Of a DNA stretch of 64,000 nt, positions 49,796 to 63,302 are shown piece by piece. Location: contig NC_068981.1 of assembly GCF_001194135.2 (NCBI RefSeq), forward strand, positions 79,501,923-79,565,922, written 5' to 3'. The first letter of the stretch is position 1. Every line of letters begins with the position of its first letter. Under the pieces are notes generated by a model. That model did not search any database and was not told the DNA's origin. It saw only the letters and a list, made by a program, of their open reading frames with translations. Position numbers and translations under genes: made by a program. The stretch is from Octopus bimaculoides. Its lineage: Eukaryota.

Positions 49796-51723
49796 ATAGT
49801 TAACATTAAAAAAAAAAAAAAACCTGAAGTCATCTGTTGATGACACACTGCACCACCCTCTGTTCGTCTGTTTTGTCAGTACAACTTTAATAACTAACCA
49901 TTCATTCCAAATTCAGATACCAGTATCATTTCCAGTGAATGTACACAGGGTGAGGAAATTCTAAACCGCTTCAGACAGGCTTCTGCATTTTTTAGAAACC
50001 TCAGGTTTTAGAAGTCTTTGGAAATAATCATGCAATCATCCATACCAAATGCTTTGTCTTATTGGTATTCTGTGATTCAAAGAAGACCACTTTGAAGAGA
50101 GGCAACTCTCCAATGTGAAAATAGCCTACTGCCATTCACTCTGGTGGTCTTACTATTTATTAGAGAGTGATTGAAGCTATGGAGGAGAAATTCACTCATC
50201 ACAAACAAAAGCAAGAAAAAGACATGTATACATTCAGATTTATACCTAATATCTCTAATCAAACACTCACATATCCTCTCTGCGATCGATACTATATCTC
50301 GAGGATTGTGACGTACGGTTTTCATTGGCCAAAAACTGAAGGAGAAAACGCCTAACATCAGACTCCATAAACAACCGTAAGCAAGTTTGTGTTATGTGAA
50401 TATGTAAATATTCGAAATAGGAAAAGCCAATATTGATGCTGATAAATAAAATTTAAAATAACTTTGGTGAAATTACCTTTCAACAGCCTTAACCTGTTAT
50501 ACTTCTTTCCTGTGTTGACACAAACTAAATGAATGATTTACAATAATATCTATATTAAACATTGACTCTGTCTTCTTTCTAAATTATTTCAAAAACGATG
50601 CTTACAATACTGCTATGACATATCTGCAGTAAAAATTTATTTAATGTATGCTTAAAGCATCACAGTACAGAGTAAATGAGATGCCCATGTTCTTTGGGAA
50701 AGATTTTTTAACGCAAAATCTATCTAAAAATAAACAGGCAAACAAAAGCATTTTTATAACTTATGACTGATGTCTTACTCTAGCAAAATTATTAAGCTAT
50801 TCTGGGTGACAGTCATTAGAAGGACAAACAACCAGCGGGAGATAATTGATCCACTGCTTATTACTGGCATTGCATTGTATTCGAACTCTCAAATTACACA
50901 GACCGCCTAGTCGGAACGCGTCAGTGTTGAGTCAATTTGCTGTTGCAAGTAAGAACAGCATAAAATTGACAGCTTCCAGTGTTGAGTTAAAATACTTCAG
51001 TGTGTGTATGTAAACTATTCTCGTACTCGCTTTCAATATAGTCTTCTGGTCGTCTTGTCTCATTTTGACATTGTAAGTGATCTCTGTTTCTGATTACAAA
51101 GTGTTTGTAATAGCTGCGGTGCATTCTGTTTTAAATTCATTACTAATAGACCCCGATTACATGCGGCATTTTCTTCAGTCGCGAACGATTCCTACTGCAT
51201 AACTGCTATACTTCCGTTTCATCTATAAGAGTTGATACGTTTCCTAAAAGACACAATAATACAGAGAATGGAAGATGTCCGCTTCAACTTACAAGCAAAA
51301 CCGGTCTACAAAATTGACTTGCTATGAGCATATCTCTCACCCTAGAATGTTCCCTCCGCCAGAGAAGTATTCTAAGCCACAAAGTCACTAATGTATTTAA
51401 CGAGAGTCCATATTGTTATTTAAGCCATCAGTAATGTCGTAGAGTGTCTCAGAGTTCTAAGGGACCGATGCTTGTTAGTGTATGCTGTAGCTTTTTATCA
51501 ATAAATACAGTTCCAGTGTATAGATTTGCCTCGGGGTCTGTAAAGCTGTTAAGATGAACAATACCAGGAAAATATTTATATATCATCAATAGAATTTTGA
51601 AGTCATTCAAGTAAGAATCGAAATCGGTTCATAGAGTTTACCGCTTAATCAACAATTTTTCCTACTCTTTGTTCAATATTTATTTTTAAAAATATATCAA
51701 AATTCTATTGACTATATATAAAT

Positions 51724-52352
51724 GTGGAGACGCAATGGCCCAGTGATTAGGGCAGCGGACTCGCGGTCATAGGATCGCGGTTTCGATTCCCAGACCGGGC
51801 GTTGTGAGTGTTTATTGAGCGAAAACACCTAAAGCTCCACGAGGCCCCGGTAGGGGATGGTGGCGAACCCTGCTGTACTCTTCCACCACAATTTTCTCTC
51901 ATTCTTACTTCCTGTTTCTGTTGTGCCTGTAATTCAAAGGCTCAGCCTTGTCGCACTGTGTCACGCTGAATATCCCCGAGAACTACGTTAAGGGTACACG
52001 TGTCTGTGGAGTGTTCAGCCACTTGCACGTTAATTTCANNNNNNNNNNTTGTGAGTGTTTATTGAGCGAAAACACCTAAAGCTCCACGAGGCCCCGGTAG
52101 GGGATGGTGGCGAACCCTGCTGTACTCTTCCACCACAATTTTCTCTCATTCTTACTTCCTGTTTCTGTTGTGCCTGTAATTCAAAGGCTCAGCCTTGTCG
52201 CACTGTGTCACGCTGAATATCCCCGAGAACTACGTTAAGGGTACACGTGTCTGTGGAGTGTTCAGCCACTTGCACGTTAATTTCACGAGCAGACTGTTCC
52301 GTTGATCGGATCAACTGGAACCCTCGACGTCGTAAGCGACGGAGTGCCAACA
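51724..52352 (+). mobile_element. SINE family C, tail type 2 (artefactually duplicated around a gap); a head-only copy lies at 23073-23225
   Basis: Near-identical to the 40.8-41.2 kb copy. 52049 onward repeats 51803 onward. Confidence 0.85.
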
Positions 52353-52932
52353 ACAACGTATATAAATATTTTCGTGCCATTGCTCCAATTATCTCTAATA
52401 CCTTACAATGGAAAATATATAGATTCAATGTCTGAGTTGTTTCTTTCCACACTCCGGTTTATTAATTCCCAGCTATTGAGCCTAATTTACTGACGGTGGA
52501 GTGCTGAAACTTCGAAGTCCCTGTAAAAGAAAATTAAAATATCTGACTCTATACTTGTAAGGAGTTCTATTTTCAGTTAATGTTCGATGTTTTTGGTCAT
52601 TCAAAAAAGAATCAATCGCATTTATCATACACATTGAAGCTTCATCTATCGGCGTTTTGTATCAAGTCTTTCTTACTTTAATCCTTTTAGAGCAGAGTTC
52701 GAAACATTCTTATGTTGGAAAGCCGCAATGAACAGTCATTTGTGAAATTCACGTGTGAAGAAAAAAATCTACAGCTCTAAGAAAATATAAAAGAGCTGCA
52801 GTTCAGGAATAAACAACTCCACTATAACTTTTTATCGAAAACTTTTTCCCCATAAAGAAAAAAAGACAATTGTTATTACTTTAAACGATTACAAATGTAA
52901 CATATATACATACATACATACATACATGGATG

Positions 52933-54171
52933 GATGGATAGGCTGAAAAGTTCAGAGGATAACTATGAAGGAGTAATGATAGAGTTGTGAAATCTTGCAT
53001 GCATTAATTTCGACCCTTCTTATTAATAATTGCATCGTTTCTTTCAAGGTGAACTGGCATCTGACTGTTCAAAAAAGACTTCAAAAGTAACTAGTGGCGA
53101 CTTCTCTTGAAAATGGACAAAATTTAGCATCGTAGTGTTATCAAGTACCTATAGAAAAAGAGTTAGCCCCCAAGGACATTCATGCTGATATAGTTGCTAC
53201 ATTAGGGGGGGTGCTCCAGCTTTACCAACAAAACAAATGTGAGCAGCTGGATTTAGGAAGAGAAGCGAAATTCTTGAAGATGACCTAAAGTCTAGACGTC
53301 CTGCAACTGCTACCATCGAGGAAAACATTGATCGTATTCACCCTGACAGCCGATTGGTAATAAATCAAATAGCCAATGCTATTAACATATACCGTAAGAG
53401 ACTTGAGAAGATTCTGCACAAAGGATTAATGGATTTGCATGATGAAGGTTTCTGCCACGTCTTTTGACACCTGATGAAAAATTACCAGGCTGATCATTTC
53501 ACGGGGAAATCTGAAATTGTTTGAGTCAGATCCAACCGGTTTCCTTTAATGTTTCCAAACCCAGGAGAGGTGTTGGCTTTATCACTTTGAGCCAGAGACA
53601 AAAACACAATCCATGCAAGTGGAAACACTCCTCCTTACCTGCACCAAAGAAGGCCAAGGTCGTTTCACTTTCAGGGAAGGTAGTTGCCTCAGTTTTTTAG
53701 TGGGGATGCAAAAGGCATGATGTTTATTGACTATCTTCAAAAGGGCCACACTATCAATGGAAAGTACTATGCCAAATTACTGAGGCAGTTATAAAAGGCT
53801 ATCAAGACCAGACGCTTAAGAAAACTGACGAAAGTGGTTTTGTTTCATCAGGACAATGCTCCAGTACATAAGCCCTTCGTTTCTGTGGCTGCTGTGCGTG
53901 ACTGTGATTTTAAACTGGTTGATCACCCTCACAATTCTCTTGATTTTCACCAATTTCACAGTAACGATGATGTCATATTCGCTGTTGGTGATTTTTCCGA
54001 CCAAGAGGATGACAGCGTCTTCACCAACGGGATCCAAGCACTGCAACAACTATGGAAGAAGTGTGTGAACTGCAAAGGGAGACTACGTTGAAAAATAAAC
54101 CTCATTTGGACACATTCCATCAAAGTATCTTGGTCAGTTTGTCAGCCTATGAACTTTTCAACCGACCCTCG
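52933..54171 (+). mobile_element. Degenerate near full-length mariner transposon
   Basis: Left TIR remnant GGCTGAAAAGTTCA and right TIR TGAACTTTTCAACCGACCCTCG|TA. Frameshifted transposase includes MDKI.HRSVIKYL, GMMFIDYLQKGHTINGKYYAKLL, VLFHQDNAPVH and LWKKCVNCKG. Confidence 0.9.
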
Positions 54172-54193
54172 TACACACACACACACGCACGCA

Positions 54194-54258
<65 letters not shown>
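54172..54258. repeat. (CA)n microsatellite; others at about 25385-25445, 28865-28910, 46810-46865 and 47955-47992, and (TA)n at about 1930-1972 and 63247-63302
   Basis: Directly visible. Confidence 0.9.
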
Positions 54259-54262
<4 letters not shown>

Positions 54263-54375
54263 GTTTAAAAACCCTTTTGAATATTTATGGCCTTTTATAT
54301 TTTTAGATCTACAGTTAAAAAGGAATTATGTCACATTCTTTCGGAGTTTCTAAATTCATATGACGTTAACAGAGG

Positions 54376-54645
54376 AGAAAATCGTTAAGCGAGAATGCTA
54401 GATGTATATTTGTGCCTTGTTAGGCTTTGAGAATGGCATGTACCCACTGCCAGCCGCATGCTAACACAAAATCCGTTACTACTGGAAGCAGTGATTGAAA
54501 ATTCACTGATATTGCGATTAGCAACCCGACTGAATAAAAATTTTACGAATGTTGTTTTAGCATGCGGCTAGCAATGGATATATGCTAGTGAGAAACCCCA
54601 ACGAGCCAAAAATGTACAGCTAGCATTTTCACCGCCATTTTTCAT
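54376..54645. mobile_element. Old foldback MITE with diverged inverted arms of about 100 bp
   Basis: The left arm (AATGCTAGATGTATATTT...GCCAGCCGCATGCTAA) matches the reverse complement of the right arm (TTAGCATGCGGCTAGC...AAATGTACAGCTAGCATT). Confidence 0.65.
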
Positions 54646-54760
54646 ATACTACTGATATAGTATTGTATTTTTAAACAGAGTGCGTCCATAGGGAATATTA
54701 TACCCTGGACGAATATCGCCTTTCGCTATGTATGCGCCTATTGTTTGATGTACAAACTGG

Positions 54761-54802
<42 letters not shown>

Positions 54803-57589
54803 NNNNNNNNNNNNNNNNNNNNNNNNNNNNNNNNNNNNNNNNNNNNNNNNNNNNNNNNNNNNNNNNNNNNNNNNNNNNNNNNNNNNNNNNNNNNNNNNNN
54901 NNNNNNNNNNNNNNNNNNNNNNNNNNNNNNNNNNNNNNNNNNNNNNNNNNNNNNNNNNNNNNNNNNNNNNNNNNNNNNNNNNNNNNNNNNNNNNNNNNNN
55001 NNNNNNNNNNNNNNNNNNNNNNNNNNNNNNNNNNNNNNNNNNNNNNNNNNNNNNNNNNNNNNNNNNNNNNNNNNNNNNNNNNNNNNNNNNNNNNNNNNNN
55101 NNNNNNNNNNNNNNNNNNNNNNNNNNNNNNNNNNNNNNNNNNNNNNNNNNNNNNNNNNNNNNNNNNNNNNNNNNNNNNNNNNNNNNNNNNNNNNNNNNNN
55201 NNNNNNNNNNNNNNNNNNNNNNNNNNNNNNNNNNNNNNNNNNNNNNNNNNNNNNNNNNNNNNNNNNNNNNNNNNNNNNNNNNNNNNNNNNNNNNNNNNNN
55301 NNNNNNNNNNNNNNNNNNNNNNNNNNNNNNNNNNNNNNNNNNNNNNNNNNNNNNNNNNNNNNNNNNNNNNNNNNNNNNNNNNNNNNNNNNNNNNNNNNNN
55401 NNNNNNNNNNNNNNNNNNNNNNNNNNNNNNNNNNNNNNNNNNNNNNNNNNNNNNNNNNNNNNNNNNNNNNNNNNNNNNNNNNNNNNNNNNNNNNNNNNNN
55501 NNNNNNNNNNNNNNNNNNNNNNNATTAACTTAATTCCTTTTCCCCAAAACTGAAGCCTTTGTGCCTAAATTTGAAATCGAAAGCCGCGGACAAAATGCTT
55601 AATGGCATTTTCCCCAGTTTTAAGTTCAGAATTCAAATTGTACTGTAGTTGACATTGCCTTTCATCCTTTTGGGGTCGATAAAATAAGTCCTAATTGAGC
55701 ACTGGAATCGATGCAACTGACTAGCCGTCCCCTCAGAATTTCGGGTCTCGCGCCTGTTGTAGAAAAGAGGTGGAAGCTCGTTCAGAGGTGTGCATTCGTC
55801 TTTCAGTAATCCTTAGAGTGAACGGTAGTGCTGCAATTTAAATCACCATTACGACCGCTAAAGCAGTAGGATACGAAACATTCTGCAGCTCATCTTTGGG
55901 TTCTTTCCTAATGTTCTTCCGTTCCGTAATTACTCATATCGAAGATTAGCAGTTGACACACATGGAAAAATGACCAAATAAATATAAGTCGTGGAAAACC
56001 CGAGATACATGGTAGCCAGAAATATGACAAATGCAAGTGCAAAGATGGGTTAACAACGTGACAAAAACATTCTCGATGTAGAAGAAAGATAAAAATCATG
56101 CCAGATTTATTAACTACATTTACATGAACTGTTGAGAAAATAGTCATCGATAAAATTTTTATATTGAAACTGTGTGCAAGTCAGAGTTCGTGTTGCAAGG
56201 GAAACAACTCTTACATTTATAGCTATATTGTTTCTGAAAAACTTAATTAACAAGTAAATAACGGGATCCGATGATTTCATTATCATTAATATGAATAACA
56301 TAACGACCATAAGACACTAGATTCTAAAACTCCGAGTTCATATTCTAGAGCTTATGCTGATTCTGCCCAGACAGTTTTACATGTAAAACAGTAGACACAT
56401 TTGTAAAATTAGAAAATATCTCTCTCCAACTGCTGGCTAATGTTTTGTTACTACAACACAAACCTTTATTCTTATGAATTCGGCAACTGTATGCCACATC
56501 GTATCACTCTCACTATGTATCATTTTTTCAGATTAATTTAAGATACTCTTCTCACCGCAGTATCGTTCCTATCGCAAATCTGAGTAACTTGAATTTAACA
56601 TTAACTTCATAAGCTAAACTTAATTCCTTATTTTCCGACTGTGTAATTCATTACATATATACACACATACACACACACATACATATGCATACATGCATAT
56701 GGGGAGTGGGTTGTATGTATGTATGTATAAACCTATTTATGTGTATCAATGTGCTTTCCAGTGGTAGCAATAAAATTATTGAAGAGAAATATTGGTTTCA
56801 AATTTTGGCACAAGGCCAGCAATTTTGAGGGAGGGGTAAGTCGATTACATCGACCCCAGTGCTCAACTGGAACCTATTTTATCGATCCCAAAGGATAAAA
56901 GGCAATGTCCTCCGCGGCAGAATTTGAACCCTGCCAGTATGTAGATTCAACCGAATCGATCTCTCAGCACATAGTTGGTGCTTATTTTATCGACTCCCGG
57001 GGGAATGAAAAATAAAATTTTAATACAATGAGATCTGAAATAAGAACTTAATGGATTATTACTAAATACTGTGACGCATTTAGTCTAAGCACGCTGCCGT
57101 TTCTTATCTTTTCATTATTTCGTCAATTATTGTTCACCTTATTCATTATTAACATTATCGCTGTGTCGGATCAGCATTATCACTATAAGTACGATCTTCT
57201 GTTTTGTAATAATGTTGTTTTGTTGTTATCGTCGTCGTTGTTGTCTTCTTAAGCTGTCGCTCCGTTCCCTAAAATATTTTCTATAGATTGTCTTAGAAAG
57301 TAGACTCATGGTAAGCAAAGTCTGTGACTCTATTTCAACCCTTAATTTTAGTTACTTACTTCACTTACTTTACGGTTACATTGACTTTGAAAGAAACATA
57401 AGCAACATAACTTTCGAAGCTTCACCCAGTAAAATGTTGATCTTCGTGCTGGCAATAAAGTCAGGGGAAACCACTCTATTATACTTTCCTGGCTACCCGC
57501 CCGTTAGAAAATCATTGATTTCTAATATTTGTATACGACCAGGAATTTCGGAGACGTTCGATTAAAACGACTCCAGTAATATACATTAC

Positions 57590-57862
57590 CGTTAGCCCCC
57601 GTGCTATCCGGCACTACAAAAATCGAACTCGGTACACATAGCAACATTACGTCACAATTACTTTACCTCAACCGCTCCAGCTCTCTTTAATACCATACCA
57701 AAATAAGTCAAAACGGAAACGGATCCCATAAAATTCAAATGTTCACTGGACAAACTTTTTCAAAAAATCCCGGACCAACCTCCTACACACGGATATGTCT
57801 CCAACAATAATAACTCATTGCGAGAGTGGGCTATGGTGCCCCATACATGACTAAAAGACTTC
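57590..57862 (+). mobile_element. CR1-type LINE ORF2 C-terminal fragment
   Basis: HNYFTSTAPALFNTIPK.VKTETDPIKFKCSLDKLFQKIPDQPPTHGYVSNNNNSLREWA, homologous to the 24.3-24.7 kb copy. Confidence 0.8.
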
Positions 57863-58855
57863 NNNNNNNNNNNNNNNNNNNNNNNNNNNNNNNNNNNNNN
57901 NNNNNNNNNNNNNNNNNNNNNNNNNNNNNNNNNNNNNNNNNNNNNNNNNNNNNNNNNNNNNNNNNNNNNNNNNNNNNNNNNNNNNNNNNNNNNNNNNNNN
58001 NNNNNNNNNNNNNNNNNNNNNNNNNNNNNNNNNNNNNNNNNNNNNNNNNNNNNNNNNNNNNNNNNNNNNNNNNNNNNNNNNNNNNNNNNNNNNNNNNNNN
58101 NNNNNNNNNNNNNNNNNNNNNNNNNNNNNNNNNNNNNNNNNNNNNNNNNNNNNNNNNNNNNNNNNNNNNNNNNNNNNNNNNNNNNNNNNNNNNNNNNNNN
58201 NNNNNNNNNNNNNNNNNNNNNNNNNNNNNNNNNNNNNNNNNNNNNNNNNNNNNNNNNNNNNNNNNNNNNNNNNNNNNNNNNNNNNNNNNNNNNNNNNNNN
58301 NNNNNNNNNNNNNNNNNNNNNNNNNNNNNNNNNNNNNNNNNNNNNNNNNNNNNNNNNNNNNNNNNNNNNNNNNNNNNNNNNNNNNNNNNNNNNNNNNNNN
58401 NNNNNNNNNNNNNNNNNNNNNNNNNNNNNNNNNNNNNNNNNNNNNNNNNNNNNNNNNNNNNNNNNNNNNNNNNNNNNNNNNNNNNNNNNNNNNNNNNNNN
58501 NNNNNNNNNNNNNNNNNNNNNNNNNNNNNNNNNNNNNNNNNNNNNNNNNNNNNNNNNNNNNNNNNNNNNNNNNNNNNNNNNNNNNNNNNNNNNNNNNNNN
58601 NNNNNNNNNNNNNNNNNNNNNNNNNNNNNNNNNNNNNNNNNNNNNNNNNNNNNNNNNNNNNNNNNNNNNNNNNNNNNTTCCTCTATACACTATCATACAA
58701 ACCCCTTTTATATATATATTCTTATGAATCGACTCTAGAGGATTCAAAGACAAAATGTTTCCGGTGGAATTTCTATCCACAACACAAATGGATGAAACTA
58801 AATACCACAACCTGGTCATCCGTAACTAATCTTAATTTGAATCTTACTCAAGATA

Positions 58856-59075
58856 CAAGGCGGCGAGCTGGCAGAAACGTTAGCACACCGGGCGAAATAC
58901 TTAGTGGTATTTCGTCTGTCTGAACGTTCTAAGTTCAAATTCCGCCGAGGTCGACTTTGCCTTTCATACTTTCGGGGTCGATAAATTAAGTACTAGTAGC
59001 ATACTGGAGTCGATCTAATCGACTGGTCCCCTCCCCCAAAATGTCGGGCCTTGTGCCTTGAGTAGAAAAGAATCT
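58856..59075 (+). mobile_element. SINE family A, intact copy; further copies at about 12230-12440(-), 30352-30460(+), 33170-33350(-), 42525-42725(-), 55585-55770(+), 56785-56930(-), 59600-59792(-) and 60955-61150(-)
   Basis: All share the same head and/or core motifs. Confidence 0.85.
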
Positions 59076-59257
59076 CACTGAATTATGATTAAAAAAAAAA
59101 ATTAAAAGAAAACAGATCGAGTCTATCTTGGCAACATATTTTATCTCTTCTTCGTTACCGTGTTTCTCATAGTTTCTTTAAGATGTTGATTGTAAATAGA
59201 TAAATAATGTGGCCAATGGAACTTCCACGTTAGTATTCTACAGAAGACAACTGATAA

Positions 59258-59500
59258 TTGGAAAGAGCACCGAAATGTGTTATCAGAGACTCTGTCTCTT
59301 TGTTTGATGAATTTGTCGAAGAGCGGACAAGGAAAAAGTTGATATGTCTCTGCCACGCAAAAGAGAACTTTTGTATGCTCACTAAGATTGGACTGAAGGA
59401 CACTTTGGCCGACGTGCGGGACAGATCTTACCCATCGAGCGAAACAGTCTGCAGGAATGTCTACCTACTTTTTAGTACCAATGGCGAGGCAAACGGCCAG
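59258..59500 (+). mobile_element. Possible older L1/Tx1-like fragment
   Basis: LICLCHAKE...TKIGLKDT loosely parallels the AKEVVWWTRLKGLKT segment of this LINE type. Confidence 0.3.
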
Positions 59501-60589
59501 TAGAAATAGGTTTATACCGCAATACACGGGCCAGTGCAACACGAAGGTAACTGTTACAGATATTTGGGGTATTATTGGTTTCACATTTGTGCACAAGGTC
59601 ATCAGTTTCGAGGAAGTGGGAAAGTCGATTACATCGACTCCAGTTCGCAACTGGTACTTATTTTATCGACCCCGAAAGGACGAAAGGCAAAGTAGACCTT
59701 GGCAGAATTTGGACTCAAAACATAAAGACGGATGACATGCCGCTAAATATTTTGCCCGGCGTGCTAACGGTCCTGCCAGCTCGCCGCCTTAATTTGGAAT
59801 ATTATTAATTTATTAACTCATAGTTACCTTTGTAACACAGGAAGGACGAGTTGTTCGTGCTGCGGCGACAAGGACAGGTATTTGAGTGGAGTTAGCATGG
59901 ATTTGCAAGCCGTTATAACTCCTTAACGCCGCAGAGCCAATCCGGCGTTGTGTTCTGTCGTGAGTGCAGAAACACGAACAAGGAGACTCGTGGTGCAGAA
60001 CAGACAACACAGTGGTTACACATATGAAGTAAAAGCCATTTAAGGGCTATCTGTTTAGAGGACCTGAAAATACAGTGAAAGAGAGAGCAGTTAACAGTAA
60101 GAGAACCAACGACAATAACACTACGTTCCGGAGGCTGTTGTTCCAAAACTATCATCGAACCCTTAGTGAAAATTCTGGAAATGAGTTAAGTCCTCTACGA
60201 TCCCCAGCAGTGCCCCTTTGTGAGGAAGAGGCATGATTCAATAGCATCACTTTCTAGCTAAGGAAAAAATACAAGATAATACTCACTGTTATGGGGCTGA
60301 TTCATGATTGAAGAAAATGTAGAGCAGTAGAACAGCACCTATCTCATAATCTCAGCTATACCCAGTTAACTTACGGACACTGATTTAAACGTCTCATTTT
60401 GCAAGATTGGTAGGTGAGCATGGTTCTTGTTACACCATAATTCTTCGATATTTTATACATCTGGATTATCTTAAAATAAAATACATGCTTACTAGTAAAT
60501 TCTGTTTATGAATAACACACCAAATTATACAATCAACTTATTATTTTACGATAACAATGACTGACTGAATGAAGGAAGGAAGGAATGAA

Positions 60590-60900
60590 TATGCCCATCC
60601 TGACAGAAGGTCAGACCCACAAAAACAGCCACAACTCGCCACAACTGTAATCTTATACTGCAGCCGTAAACTCTTCAGGATCCTTCTCATTCCGTCTTTG
60701 ATGTCATGCCTCCATCTTCGTCTTTGTCTCTCGCGAAACTGTTTTCTGTTCTCCCACCCATTACGTGGCCATAATATTGCAATTTTTGCAGTCTGACCGT
60801 CGTATCCAACTTTCACTCCGCTACCATCTCCTTCGAGACGTATTTGTTCATTCTGCAGGTCACCCATCTGATCTGCAGAGTTTGCTCGAATCACATCACC
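60590..60900 (-). mobile_element. RTE-clade LINE 3' fragment
   Basis: Frameshifted remnant containing a YCGHVMG motif and RQRRRWRHDIKD. Confidence 0.65.
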
Positions 60901-61598
60901 TCAAACAATGAATAAAATAGCAACTTCACTCCATCTTCTCCCCAATGCATGTAAGTGCGAAGGTAGCGAGCTGGCAGAATCGTTAGTACACCGGGCAAAA
61001 TGCTTAACGGCATTTCGTCCGTCGCTACGTTCTGAAATGAAATTTCGCCGTAGTTGATTTTACCTTTCATCTTTTCGAGTTGAGTACTGGGTCGATGTAA
61101 TCGATTTACCCACTCCCTCGAATTGTTGACCTTGTGCCAAAGTTTGAAGCGAATGCAGAGAAGTGCGAGAATCTGTATCCATGTGCACGTACACACTCAA
61201 CTTGACGTCACATAACCTTACATCAGTCTTCATAAAGCCACTTGGTGGCTACTACGCAATTCCCTAACTTCCATCAATTCAACGAGAATACTGAACCACC
61301 CTTTCTCTGTAGTATATTGTAAATTAATCTATACTGTATAGTATATTATGACAACTAAATAAAATATAATGCAGAAATATAATAAATAAAGGAGTAAATA
61401 TTCATTGATAAAAACGTAACAAAAGATAGCGAATAATGTATTACAAGACATTGAACATGCAAAAAAAAAAAGTGCATCCTGGAAATTGAGAAGTATATGC
61501 ACCCGCATGCATTTGAATTACTGAGTATATTCTTCATTGTATAAAGTTATCCCTCACCTCGTTTTTATTTAACTTTCATGTGTCCATTCCCACATGTT

Positions 61599-61938
61599 TT
61601 CCGTGGAGAAAGTTGTCTCATCATCTAAAAAGACAACCTTGTATTCCATAAACAAAATTTCGTATAACAGCTGCATGCCGTACAATATAAAAAAATAAAA
61701 AAACTGCAGCCAAATCAAGAAAAACGATAGAGGCAGGATTTTTATTAGGAAGATAAGACGTTTGGCGAATAAATAGGCTGAGTTGATCTGTGGTTGAGTG
61801 GAGAGGTAAAAATCTAAATTGAGAAGAGGAAATCAAATTATTAGAGCATGAGAAATCCCAAATTGCGTCATTGATTAATGCTGTAGCAGTTTGCCAACGT
61901 TTGAAATAATTGATGATGAGACAACTTTCTTCGCGGAA
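61599..61938. mobile_element. 340-bp MITE with 27-bp TIRs
   Basis: TTCCGTGGAGAAAGTTGTCTCATCATC ... GATGATGAGACAACTTTCTTCGCGGAA. TSD not resolved. Confidence 0.6.
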
Positions 61939-63302
61939 GGACTAAAAAATAGGTTAAAGTCAGTAATACATTCACCAATTAACAAATCAATACAGTAAGT
62001 GTGCCCATGGAAGTGTGATAATTTCAACGTTTGAAATAATAGTCTGAAGCTGTTAGGATCGGATTTACAGTCTATTTATTTGAAGACTGGTAAATCAATA
62101 GCAGACCTCCATTCTGCAGGAATTATACCTTTATTAATTGATTGACAGAATAGTAAAAACAGAGGTGTAGACAGTGAGCTACATCAACAGAGTTTCTAAT
62201 TCCACTTGGCTTAGTGGGTATGGAGCAATCGCGTGAATGTTAAATTTCTTCAATATCCTGAACAGAAAATAAATATCTGACAAAAGTTTATAGTTACCAC
62301 AAAGAAGTTCAAAGAAGGCTACGGATCTGATAGATTCTTTAGATGTAATAATTAAGATTAGCCCTGGTATGTGGCTCTGTGGTGGTAATGTTATTATATA
62401 CAAGCGGCGGAAAGTACGCAGAAACTTTCTTGCCAAGATATGAGGCTAACTTGTGCCAATTTATAGTGTTTATTTCATCCTAGCGGATACATTGGTACTA
62501 GTGATTAGAAATTCATAGCTTTATTGCCTCTAACATAATCATGTAATTAATTTCCTAACTTTGGCTAAAGCAAGTTAGAAATTGTGTAATTTGTTAGATG
62601 CATGTAATTTCAAAGTTCCTACATTGTCAGCTTTACGTTTAGTTGCATTGAAAAACGGTTACTCACAGGAAAACGATTCCTAGGTTGCCTTCGATTTCAT
62701 CAAGAATTAACATTTGAACTTGTCAAAATAAATTATTTTGAATTTATTCCAGGAAAGAATTAAATTCCAATAAATACAAGAGAGTAATTTGGAGAAATAG
62801 AATCATTGACAATTAGAAATATTGTATTAGAAGACAAGAAATCAACGGCTGAAATGTGTTTGGCAAATGAACCAAAAATGACTACGTGATCAGAGGTGCA
62901 GATTAGAGGATTAACTTAACTTCTGCATAATGATGCAGATGTGTCTCAAATAACAAAACTGAGGCATGACGTTATATTTCTACTTGTTCGGGTTGGTGGA
63001 CTTTCAATTTGCGTTAGACCAATGTTATTCTGAAATGTATTTATTTCAAGTTCACCTGAACCAGAAATATTATAAATTGTTAACAAAGGAAAACGAGCAT
63101 TAACTATTTGCCTTTCCTGTGTATCGTAAGTGATATACTGAACATATTTCCCTAGCGTCCATGCACCATATGTGATACACGTTCCCTTTTTTTTCAGCCA
63201 CCAAAGTGACTTGGGACCTACGAAAGGAAAGCTTTTTACTATTCAGAATATATATATATATATATATATATAGATATATAGATATAGATATATATATATA
63301 TA

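Noticed and set aside
55790-56310. GPCR-like fragments on the minus strand (DPVIY..FFR; TALAVVMVI.IAALPF)
   Set aside because: The TM7-like motif lies upstream of the TM6-like motif, frames contain stops, and the order is incompatible with a single 7TM gene.
12548-58923. Long ORFs in the track full of X (e.g. 12548-13241, 19199-20215, 54732-55553, 57826-58923)
   Set aside because: Artefacts of reading through N gaps.
59850-60245. Stop-interrupted GC-rich frame (also 29480-29690, 32450-32780 and 51000-51560)
   Set aside because: Probably old TE coding relics, but no motif could be assigned, so they are not called as features.
8854-61150. tRNA genes
   Set aside because: The A/B-box sequences are SINE heads continuing into SINE cores, with no complete cloverleaf.
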